NCBI GenBank assembly: GCA_963711915.1
Contig: CAVQGA010000012.1
Location: forward strand, 31,841 to 95,840
DNA: 64,000 nucleotides
Origin: an uncultured Gemmatimonadales bacterium
Lineage (GTDB): Bacteria; Gemmatimonadota; Gemmatimonadetes; Gemmatimonadales; GWC2-71-9
Direction: 5' to 3'
The notes beneath the pieces were generated by a model. The model did no database searches. It was not told the DNA's origin and worked only from the letters and a program-made list of their open reading frames with translations. Position 1 is the stretch's first letter. The number at the start of each line of letters is the position of its first letter. This document shows positions 47,744 to 55,860 of the stretch, piece by piece. The position numbers and the translations under genes were made by a program.

Positions 47744-48863
47744 TTTCGAGCGGTTCGGCGACGCGCCCCCGCGCGACCCGGCCGCGTACGTGCGCGAGAC
47801 CTACGGCATCGACCTGACGGCGCGCTACCTGGGCTACGCGATTCCGCATCCGATCGGCAAGGGGTCGGGCCAGCTCTCGCTCAACGCCGACCAGCTCGAG
47901 AGCGATCGCGCGTCGGGGCTCGCGTTCGTGGTGCTCAAGACCGTGATCGCCGAGGATGCCGCCGGCGAGCGCAGCATGGGCGCCTGGGCCGTCCACGAGA
48001 CGAAGATGCGGGTCGAGCCCCGGCCCTCCGCCGCGGGCCGGGCGGGGTGGACCGTGACCTGGAAGGGTCGGGGCTGGGACCGCTCGTTCGACGACTACCT
48101 GGCGCTGGTCCGCGTCGCCGGCGACCTCACGCGGAGCGGCGCGATGCTCGCCGTGCCGTCGGTCAAGTACCACCTGCCGACGCTCGACCAGCCGTTCCGC
48201 GAGGCCGAGTACCGCCATACCACCCGGGGCCTGGCCCGCGCGTGGGGCGCGGGCGACCTGCCGATCGAGAAGGACTTCTCGCCCACGCTCGCGGGCGATG
48301 CGCTGGCCGACGAGCGCGATCGGATCCTGCGCTGGCTCAAGGAGGTCCCCGGCCAGATCCGCTCGGCGGCCGGACCCACCGCCGTCCGCCTCGCGCTCAA
48401 ACTGATGAACGCCCGGTTCGACGACGGCTTCCAGCGCGAGATGATGGCCGCCGCCGCCGCCGCCGACGCGCTGGTGTGCTTCAACCGGCTCTGGGACCCG
48501 GAGGCGGGCGTGGCCTATGGCGGCTGGGACCTGAGCGAGCGCAACCTGCGCGTGCTCGCCTCCGCGCGGGTCGACGGCGGGCACGCGCCGCTCGTGGGCA
48601 CCGGCAACGTCTGCTCCGGCCGCCTCGTGCTCGACTACGCCCGCGCCGGGTGCGAGAGCGTCGAGCTGCACACCTTTTTCCAGCTCCCCCTCACCGAATA
48701 CCCCGCCGCCGCCGGTACCCGCACCCAGCGCGCCCTGCACGCGCTGCTGTTTCACCCGGCGGACGGTTTGGTGGCCGGCATGCTGGAGCTCGAGCGCGAG
48801 GGGGTGCTGCATCGGAGGGGCGGGGAGCTGAGGTTTCTGGATGTGTGTGGGGGAGGAGCGTGA
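47721..48863 (+). CDS. dihydroorotate-dehydrogenase-like (FMN TIM-barrel) family protein
   Basis: YGIDLTARYLGYAIPHPIGKGSGQLS and VVLKTV are reminiscent of the DHOD/DHPD N-terminus. The rest is divergent. The start overlaps the DapA-like gene by 23 nt. Confidence 0.5.
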   Translation: MPGRLARDFERFGDAPPRDPAAYVRETYGIDLTARYLGYAIPHPIGKGSGQLSLNADQLESDRASGLAFVVLKTVIAEDAAGERSMGAWAVHETKMRVEPRPSAAGRAGWTVTWKGRGWDRSFDDYLALVRVAGDLTRSGAMLAVPSVKYHLPTLDQPFREAEYRHTTRGLARAWGAGDLPIEKDFSPTLAGDALADERDRILRWLKEVPGQIRSAAGPTAVRLALKLMNARFDDGFQREMMAAAAAADALVCFNRLWDPEAGVAYGGWDLSERNLRVLASARVDGGHAPLVGTGNVCSGRLVLDYARAGCESVELHTFFQLPLTEYPAAAGTRTQRALHALLFHPADGLVAGMLELEREGVLHRRGGELRFLDVCGGGA

Positions 48864-48904
48864 TGGTGCGCGGAATGGTGTTGGAGGTGGAAGGTGGCGC
48901 TCCT

Positions 48905-48986
48905 GTCATCCCGAGCGCAGCGAGGGATCTTGCCCGGGAATGGTTCGAACGCCGCGACCAAGATCCCTCGCTGCGCTCGGGATGAC
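48905..48986. repeat. REP-like palindromic element, copy 2
   Basis: GTCATCCCGAGCGCAGCGAGGGATCTTGCCCGGG...CAAGATCCCTCGCTGCGCTCGGGATGAC. Confidence 0.85.
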
Positions 48987-49007
48987 AGCGGCTGCACTCG
49001 GGCCCAG

Positions 49008-49050
49008 TCTCCCGCTCCGTCCTCTCCGTCCTCTCCGCCCTCTCCGTCCT
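49008..49050. repeat. short tandem repeat (CTCTCCGYC-like units) flanking REP copy 2
   Basis: TCTCCCGCTCCGTCCTCTCCGTCCTCTCCGCCCTCTCCGTCCT. Its complement (GGCGGAGAG units) lies upstream of REP copy 1 at about 18824-18850. Confidence 0.7.
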
Positions 49051-49054
49051 GACT

Positions 49055-50186
49055 ATGCGCCTGACCCACATCGACCTCCACGAGCTCGCCCTCCCCCTCA
49101 GCGAGCCGTTCACGATCAGCGGCGGCACCATGACCGTCCGCCGCTCGCTCGTCGTGGTGCTCCACGACGCCGACGGCCACGTGGGCTACGGCGAGTCCCC
49201 GCCGTTCGAGCTGCCGTTCTACTCCGAGGAGACGCTCGGCTCCGCGCGGCTGCTGCTGGCGGAGCTCCTGATCCCGCGCCTGCTCAACCGCGAGCTCGAG
49301 GGGCCCGAGGCGGTGGACGCGCTGCTGCGCGAGGGCGTCCGCGGCAATCCGTTCGCCCGCGCGGCGCTCGAGACCGCGGCCTGGGATCTCGAGGCGCATC
49401 GCCGCGGCCTCGGGCTCGCCGCGCTGCTCGCCGAGCGGCTGGGCGTCACGCCGGCGGCGCGGATCGTCTGCGGCGTGGCGCTCGGCATCCCGGCCGACCG
49501 TTCGACCGGGACGCTCCGCCGCTGGATCGCCGACGCGCTCGGCCACGGCTACCGGCGGGTCAAGATCAAGGTCGCCCCCGGCTGGGACGCGGAGCCGGTC
49601 GCGGGCGGCGCGCGCCGCGCTCGCCGGCACCGGCATCCCGCTCACCGTGGACGCGAACGGCGGCTACGCGTGGCCGGAGCACGAGTCCAACCTGCGCGCG
49701 CTGGACGAGGCCGAGCTGCTGTACATCGAGCAGCCGCTCGCGCCCGACGAGCTGGTGGGTCACGCACGTCTGGACGAGACGCTCCGGACGCCGGTGTGCG
49801 TGGACGAGACGCTGCACGATGCCGGCTGGGCGCGCCAGCTCGTGGCGCTCGGCGGACCCAAGGTCTGGAACGTGAAGGTGCACCGGATGGGCGGGCTCAC
49901 CGAGGTGTGCCGCGTCGTCCGGATCGCGCGCGAGGCGGGCGTCCGGCTCTGGGCCGGGACGATGCCCGAATCCGGCCTCGGCTCGCAGGCCGCCCTCGCC
50001 GCCGCGGCGCTGCCGGGCTTCGTCTTCCCGTCCGACCTGGAGCCGAGCACCCGCTGGTTCGGCCCGGGCGTGGACGTGATCGAGCTCCGGATGGACGCCG
50101 ACGGGACCATGGAGGTGCCGGGCAGCTCGATCGCCGGGCGGCTGGACCAGGCGGTGTTCCGCCGGGCGAGCCGGCGGTTACATTAG
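49055..50186 (+). pseudogene. enolase-superfamily (OSBS / N-acylamino-acid racemase / dipeptide epimerase-like) gene with one frameshift near 49603
   Basis: The N-terminal part is in the frame of ORF 49055 (..YRRVKIKVAPGWDAEPV). The continuation ..AARAALAGTGIPLTVDANGGY...LLYIEQPL...VCVDETL... is in the frame of ORF 49647..50186. The switch falls in the gcGGGcggc run. Confidence 0.7.
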
Positions 50187-50194
50187 AAGGACCC

Positions 50195-50359
50195 ATGGTC
50201 GAATACGCGTTCCTCCTCGCCAACTCCTCGCTCCACAGCTTCGCCGTCAATGCGGCGGTCTGGGCCTCCGCAATCGACTGGCAGAAGCTGAGTTATGCGC
50301 TCCTGGGGCTGATCGGGCTGAGGCTCGCCTTCTGGGCGTTCCGCCCCTCGAATCGCTGA
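50195..50359 (+). CDS. small hydrophobic protein (54 aa) with an Flp-pilin-like VEYAFLLA start
   Basis: ATG preceded by gaagga. MVEYAFLLANSS...LLGLIGLRLAFWAF. It lies between the enolase-like gene and GH38. Confidence 0.35.
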   Translation: MVEYAFLLANSSLHSFAVNAAVWASAIDWQKLSYALLGLIGLRLAFWAFRPSNR

Positions 50360-50370
50360 GCGGCCGGGGG

Positions 50371-53016
50371 GTGGCCGGGCGGACCATCCACCTCATTCCG
50401 CACACCCACTGGGACCGGGAGTGGTACCTCCCCCGCGCCGCCTTCGTCGCCCGCCTGGTCCCCGCACTCGACGACCTGCTCGACCGCCTCGACGGCTCCC
50501 CCGACTTTCGCAGCTTCTTTCTCGACGGCCAGACCGTGCTGCTGGAGGACTACCTCCGCATCCGCCCCGAGCAGCGCGACCGGGTCGCCGCCTTCGTGCG
50601 CGCCGGCCGGCTCCAGGTCGGCCCCTGGTACGTGCTCGCCGACGAGCTGGTGCCCTCGGGCGAGTCGCTGGTCCGGAATCTCCTGCTCGGCCGGGACGAC
50701 GCCGAGCGGCTGGGCGGGCGGGCCGACGTGCTGTACTCGCCCGACGCGTTCGGGCATCCGGCCGTCTGGCCCGCGCTCGCGCTCGAGTTCGGCATCCGGT
50801 ACGGCGTGCTCTGGCGCGGGCTCGGCGGCGAGCCGGGGCAGGAGGGCGATCTCTATCCGCTGGCACGCGCCCGACGGCCGCGCGATCCTGCTGCACCACC
50901 TGCCGCCCGACGGGTACGAGGCGGGGTCGGGACTGGTCGACGATCCGCCCGCCTGCGCCAGGCGTGGCCGGCGCTCGCGGCCGTGCTGGCGGGCCGCGCG
51001 GCCACGTCGCATCTGGCCGTCCCGGTGGGCGCGGACCACCACGCCGCGCCCGCCGCGATCGGCCGCGTGCGCGACCTGGTCGCCGCGCTCGCGCCCGACG
51101 CGGAGGTCCGGGTCTCGCGCTTCGACGAGTACTTCCGCGCCGCCGAGGCGGAGGCGGGCGGCGTGCCCGCGCTCCACGGCGAGCTGCGCTGGAGCTACGG
51201 CTACACCTGGACGCTGCAGGGCGTGCACGGGACCCGCGCGGCGCTCAAGCGCCGCCACGCCGAGGCCGAGCTGCTGCTCGAGCGCACGGCCGAGCCGCTC
51301 GCGGCGCTGGCCGCGGCGGACGGCCGGGGCGACCGGCGGCCGCTGCTCCGGGACGCGTGGCGCGCGCTCGTGCGCTCGCAGTTCCACGACTCGATCGGCG
51401 GCTGCACGTCGGACGCGGTGGCGCGCCGCGTGGCGGTGCGGCTGGGCGACGCGGCGGAGGCGGCGGGCGAGATCGCGCGCGCGAGCCTCGACGCGCTCAC
51501 CGGCAACGCGCCCGACCGCGCCCGCGACCGCCCCGAGGACACCGCGCCCCGGCTCGTGCTCTGGAATCCCGCCGCGCGCCCGCGCGACGGCGGCGTGGTG
51601 ATCACCGACCTCACCTGGTTCCGGCGCGACGTGCTGGTCGGGCCGCCGGGCGCCCGCGAGCCGCGGACCGGCGAGGGCGCGCGGGCGATCTCCCTCCTCG
51701 GTCCTGACGGGCCGATCATGCTGCAGCCGCTCGGCCGACGATCCGCGCACGAGCGGCTCGACGCGCCGCGGCACTACCCCGACCAGGACGAGGTGGACGT
51801 GGTGCGGGTGGCGTTCCGCGCGCCGCCGCTCCCGGGGCTCGGCGTCGCGGTGCTGAGTCCGGTCGAGCGGGAGCGCCAGGCCGCCGAGTCCGGCGTCCGC
51901 GCGGGGTCGCGGAGCCTCGACAACGGTCTGGTCGCGCTCACGGTCGGCCGCGACGGCACGGTGACGCTGGCCGACCGCCGCACGGGTCTGCTCTATCCCG
52001 CGCTGCTCGGCCTCGAGTCCGCCGGCGACGCCGGCGACACCTACACCTGGGCGCCACCCGCGCGCGACCGGGTCCGCCGGCTCGGCGCGCCGGTCGCCGT
52101 GCGCATGCTGGCGCGCGGGCCGCTGGTCGGGGCGCTCGACGTGCGCGGCCGGCTCGCCTGCGCCAACGGCTGGGTGGACGCGCGGCTCGTGCTCAGCCTG
52201 CATGCCGGAAGTCCCGCCCTCCGCTGCACGCTCCACCTCGACAACCGCGCGACCGGCCACCGGCTCCGGCTCCGGGTGCCGACCGGCGTGCCGTCGATCG
52301 CGGCCGTGGCGGGGAGCCAGTTCGGCGCCGCCGAGCGCCCGGCCGTCGCGGTCGAGCCCGGGCGCTATCCGCGGGAGACGCCGGTGGCCACCGCGCCGGC
52401 GCAGCGCTACGTCGCCGTGGCGCGCGGACCGCGGGGCCTCGCCCTGCTGGCGCCGGGGTTCTTCGAGTACGAGCTGGCCCCGAACGGCGATCTGCGCGTG
52501 ACGCTGCTCCGCGCCGTGGGCGAGCTCTCCCGGCCCGACCTGCCGACCCGCCCCGGCCACGCGGGCTGGCCCGCGGCCACGCCCGAAGCCCAGTGCCCCG
52601 GCCCCGACCGGCTCCAGCTCGCCGTCGCTCCGGTCGAGGCCGCCGCCCTCGGCGCGGGGAGCGCGCTGCCCGAGCTGTGGGAGGATCTCTTCCTCCCGCC
52701 GCGCGCGCTCTGGCTGCGGCAGGCCACGCCGCTGAGCGTGCCCGCGTGGGACGTCCGGCTCGAGGGGGCGGGCCTGGTGTTCTCCTCGGCCAAGCCCGCC
52801 GACGTGGGGGATGGGCTCGTGCTCCGGTGCTACAACGCCCGCGCGGAGGCGGCCGACGGCACCTGGCGGCTCGGCCGGCGGATCGCGCGGGCGGTGCTGG
52901 CGCGGGCCGACGAGCGCGACGGACGCGATCTCCCGCTGGCGTCCGACGGCCGGTCGGTCCGCTTCCGGGCGGGGCCTCGGGGGATCGCCACGGTGATCGT
53001 GTCGGTGTGGGGCTGA
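50371..53016 (+). CDS. GH38 alpha-mannosidase-like protein (contains an internally frame-shifted segment of about 95 nt)
   Basis: LIPHTHWDREWY N-terminal GH38 motif, PDAFGHP and QFHDSIGG. GTG start. See the finding on 50857-50953. Confidence 0.85.
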   Translation: MAGRTIHLIPHTHWDREWYLPRAAFVARLVPALDDLLDRLDGSPDFRSFFLDGQTVLLEDYLRIRPEQRDRVAAFVRAGRLQVGPWYVLADELVPSGESLVRNLLLGRDDAERLGGRADVLYSPDAFGHPAVWPALALEFGIRYGVLWRGLGGEPGQEGDLYPLARARRPRDPAAPPAARRVRGGVGTGRRSARLRQAWPALAAVLAGRAATSHLAVPVGADHHAAPAAIGRVRDLVAALAPDAEVRVSRFDEYFRAAEAEAGGVPALHGELRWSYGYTWTLQGVHGTRAALKRRHAEAELLLERTAEPLAALAAADGRGDRRPLLRDAWRALVRSQFHDSIGGCTSDAVARRVAVRLGDAAEAAGEIARASLDALTGNAPDRARDRPEDTAPRLVLWNPAARPRDGGVVITDLTWFRRDVLVGPPGAREPRTGEGARAISLLGPDGPIMLQPLGRRSAHERLDAPRHYPDQDEVDVVRVAFRAPPLPGLGVAVLSPVERERQAAESGVRAGSRSLDNGLVALTVGRDGTVTLADRRTGLLYPALLGLESAGDAGDTYTWAPPARDRVRRLGAPVAVRMLARGPLVGALDVRGRLACANGWVDARLVLSLHAGSPALRCTLHLDNRATGHRLRLRVPTGVPSIAAVAGSQFGAAERPAVAVEPGRYPRETPVATAPAQRYVAVARGPRGLALLAPGFFEYELAPNGDLRVTLLRAVGELSRPDLPTRPGHAGWPAATPEAQCPGPDRLQLAVAPVEAAALGAGSALPELWEDLFLPPRALWLRQATPLSVPAWDVRLEGAGLVFSSAKPADVGDGLVLRCYNARAEAADGTWRLGRRIARAVLARADERDGRDLPLASDGRSVRFRAGPRGIATVIVSVWG

Positions 53017-53077
53017 GGGGACGGCGTGTTCGGGGTTGGTGTCGTCCGGTCATCTGTCATCCCGACCGGACTGTCAT

Positions 53078-53158
53078 GTCATCCCGAGCGGAGCGAGGGA
53101 TCTTGCCGGGCCGAGTGCGATGCCGGTCGAGTAGATCCCTCGCTTCGCTCGGGATGAC
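53078..53158. repeat. REP-like palindromic element, copy 3
   Basis: GTCATCCCGAGCGGAGCGAGGGATCTTGCCGGG...GTAGATCCCTCGCTTCGCTCGGGATGAC. It is preceded by a partial extra arm, TGTCATCCCGACCGGAC. Confidence 0.85.
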
Positions 53159-53218
53159 ACGCCGCTCGCGCGAGATGACACGCCGCCAACCACCACCCAT
53201 GATCCCCACGAGGAATCC

Positions 53219-53890
53219 ATGACCCAGGAGCGTTGGGCCGCGGTCGACCGCTACATCGCGGACTTGCTGGTGGACTCGGACGCGGCGCTCGACGCGGCGC
53301 TGGAGGCGAGCGACGCGGCGGGGCTGCCGGCGATCAGCGTCTCGCCCACCCAGGGGAAGTGGCTGCACCTGCTCGCGCGGGCGATGGGGGCGCGCCGGAT
53401 CCTCGAGATCGGCACGCTCGGCGGCTACAGCACCATCTGGCTCGCGCGGGCGCTCGGGCCCGGCGGCCGTCTGGTCACGCTGGAGCTCGAGCCCAGGCAT
53501 GCGGAGGTGGCGCGCGCCAACCTCGCGCGGGCCCGTCTGGACCAGGTCGTCGACCTCCGGCTCGGCCGGGCCTCGGACACGCTGAAGCGGCTGGCCGCCG
53601 AGCGCGGGGATCCGTTCGATTTCGTGTTCATCGACGCCGACAAGCCGAGCATCCCGGAGTACTTCACCCGTGCGCTCGAGCTCGCGCGGCGCGGCAGCCT
53701 CATCGTGGTGGACAACGTCGTGCGCGACGGCGCCGTGATCGACGCCGCCAGCGAGGACCCGAACGTGCGGGGCGTGCGCCGGCTGAACCAGCTCATGGCC
53801 GCGGAGCCGCGGGTGAGCGCCACGGTGCTCCAGACGGTGGGCGGCAAGGGCTACGACGGCTTCGCGCTCGCGCTGGTCACCGCAGACTGA
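53219..53890 (+). CDS. class I SAM-dependent O-methyltransferase (caffeoyl-CoA OMT-like)
   Basis: ILEIGTLGGYST SAM motif, FDFVFIDADK, and LIVVDNV. Confidence 0.85.
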   Translation: MTQERWAAVDRYIADLLVDSDAALDAALEASDAAGLPAISVSPTQGKWLHLLARAMGARRILEIGTLGGYSTIWLARALGPGGRLVTLELEPRHAEVARANLARARLDQVVDLRLGRASDTLKRLAAERGDPFDFVFIDADKPSIPEYFTRALELARRGSLIVVDNVVRDGAVIDAASEDPNVRGVRRLNQLMAAEPRVSATVLQTVGGKGYDGFALALVTAD

Positions 53891-53925
53891 CCCGGCGAGA
53901 CTCGCGGCGGCAGGAGCAACGACCG

Positions 53926-54027
53926 ATGACCGAGAACGACACTATCGAGCTCCGCCGGCTGGCGGACGAGCTCTTCCTCACCACCGACGTCAAGGACTGG
54001 CCCGCGGCGCGCGCCCACGCGGGGTGA
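53926..54027 (+). pseudogene. 33-codon remnant of a SnoaL/NTF2-like gene
   Basis: MTENDTIELRRLADELFLTTDVKDWPAARAH is the usual N-terminus of NTF2-like proteins of 120-140 aa. Here it stops after 33 codons and is followed by non-coding DNA. Confidence 0.4.
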
Positions 54028-54745
54028 CGCCCCGGGCGGCGAGCGTCGACGCTCGGGCTCGCCGCTGCGTGCGCCGGCACGGGGTCGTGCCGCGTCACTG
54101 TCCTCTTCAGTGCACACTTCGAATATCCAACTGTCCACGTTTGGTGTCACTCGCGACGCTCACGGCGATCGGATGGATCGCGCGACGGGCACGCGCGGCG
54201 CCGCGGAGCGCGCTCGTGCGCCGACGGCGAACGCATCCGGCCCGACAGCCTCATGATTGTCCCGGCGGCGCACGCCTCGGCCCGGGCGGTGAACGCCTTC
54301 GCGCCGGTGGCGTCCAGTTCCTCCCCGGCGGCGCACGCACCGGCGCGGCGGAGCACGCCGTTTCCCCGGCGGCGGCCGTAGCGCGCCGGCGGCGGACACC
54401 CGCACTCGAGCGGTGTACGTGCGTGACGCAACGGAGCTCGCATCGGTCGCGGATGCGACAGGATTTCGCCGGCGGCGTCCACTTCTCCGCCAGCGGCGCA
54501 CGCATCGCGACCGGCAGGGTTCGGGTCGCGGCGGCGGAATCTGAATGGAAACTGACGGCGTTCACTTCCGTGCGGCGCCGTTCATCTTCATTCCGGCGGC
54601 GTCCCGATCTTGTCGGCGGAGCAGACCTCGTCCGATGCGGCGTCCGTGTTGCCCGCGCGGAGCGCACCGCGCGCCCGACGACGACCCCATTTCGACAACG
54701 GGATGTGCTTCACGCGCGACGACGCTCCCACCGGTCGCGCAACGT

Positions 54746-54760
54746 TGGCACACTCTCTGC
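54746..54760 (+). promoter_or_regulatory. candidate sigma-54 (-24/-12) promoter
   Basis: TGGCAC-ACTCT-CTGC compared with the consensus TGGCAC-N5-TTGC. It lies 115 nt upstream of ATG 54875. Confidence 0.3.
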
Positions 54761-54874
54761 CTCTCGCCCCTCCCGACCGGCCGCGGTCGGTGAGCGTCCG
54801 TGTCAGATCGTCATTCGTGTGTCCACGCGCCGGCGCGGCGCCCGACCGCCTGCCGGCCGACAAGTGAGGACCGT

Positions 54875-55579
54875 ATGGAAGCGAGATCGCGCAGGAAGTA
54901 CGAGATGGGGGCGAGCGCCCGCGACTTCAGTCGCGCGCACCCCGACGAGAGCCCGGGCTACGTCGCCGCCCTGGAACGGCTGGCGGACCGGCTCGAGCGC
55001 ATCGACCACCTGGCCGACCAGCAGCGCGAGGGACAGCTCGCCGTCCGCGCGAGCAGCGCGCGGAAGCACGAGCTGAAGCAGAGCATGCGGCAGGCGCACC
55101 TGGCGCATTTGGCGGAGGTGGCCAAGGCCGCCGCGAAGGAAGTGCCGGAGCTGGCGCAGAAGCTGGTGCCCAAGCCCGGCATCACGACCTACGTCGCGTT
55201 CCGGACCGCCGCGCGCGGCATGGCGGCGGAGGCGGAGAGCCAGAAGGCCGTGCTGGTGAGGTACGGGCTGGTGGAGACGGTGCTGGAGAACCTGAGCCAG
55301 ACGCTCGACCAGTTCGACGTCGCCGTGGAGCAGGGGCGAGCCGGCCGGCAGGCGCACGTCGGTGCCAGTGCGGAGCTCAAGGCCGTCGCCGACGAGATCG
55401 TCCAGATCGTCCGTGTGATGGACGGACTCAACCGCTACCGGTTCATGAACGACGGTGAGCTCCTGGCCGCGTGGGAGAGCGCCAGCAGCATCGCGGCGAC
55501 GCCTCGCGCCGCGGCGGAGCCCAAGCCCGCGCCCGAGCCGGCGCCGCCGACGGGCGGCGAGGAGCGGCCGGCGGCATGA
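54875..55579 (+). CDS. hypothetical all-alpha protein
   Basis: ATG with gtgagga upstream. 234 aa, with heptad-like Ala/Glu/Leu-rich composition and a Pro-rich tail. No family recognised. Confidence 0.5.
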   Translation: MEARSRRKYEMGASARDFSRAHPDESPGYVAALERLADRLERIDHLADQQREGQLAVRASSARKHELKQSMRQAHLAHLAEVAKAAAKEVPELAQKLVPKPGITTYVAFRTAARGMAAEAESQKAVLVRYGLVETVLENLSQTLDQFDVAVEQGRAGRQAHVGASAELKAVADEIVQIVRVMDGLNRYRFMNDGELLAAWESASSIAATPRAAAEPKPAPEPAPPTGGEERPAA

Positions 55580-55607
55580 GGCGGTATGAGGTGGCAGGGT
55601 GGGAAGG

Positions 55608-55643
55608 CGAAAGCGCCGGCAAGTGGGACTGCCGGCGCTTTCG
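55608..55643 (+). terminator. stem-loop terminator candidate
   Basis: cgaaagcgccggca-agtgggac-tgccggcgctttcg forms a 14-bp stem, followed by tgt. Confidence 0.5.
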
Positions 55644-55860
55644 TGTAGGCTGTGGCCGAGCTGCTGGCGGAGCCATGACCCGACGCATGCCCCCTTCGCG
55701 GAGTTTACCCTGAGCGTAGCGAACGGGCTCAGGGTGACTCCCACTGAGCGTCGACCGGCGCGCGGTGCGCGGCTTGGCACGCCCGATGCGAGTGGGCTCC
55801 CCACTCGTGAGCACGATCAGGCAGGTGAACCTCACCGACACTTCACGCCGGAGGCTGGAT

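Noticed and set aside
54240-54640. Recurring CCGGCGGCG(CACGC) boxes considered as a CRISPR array or tandem repeat
   Set aside because: The boxes are short and degenerate, and their spacing is irregular, with no conserved full-length repeat. They are kept only as a possible regulatory motif.
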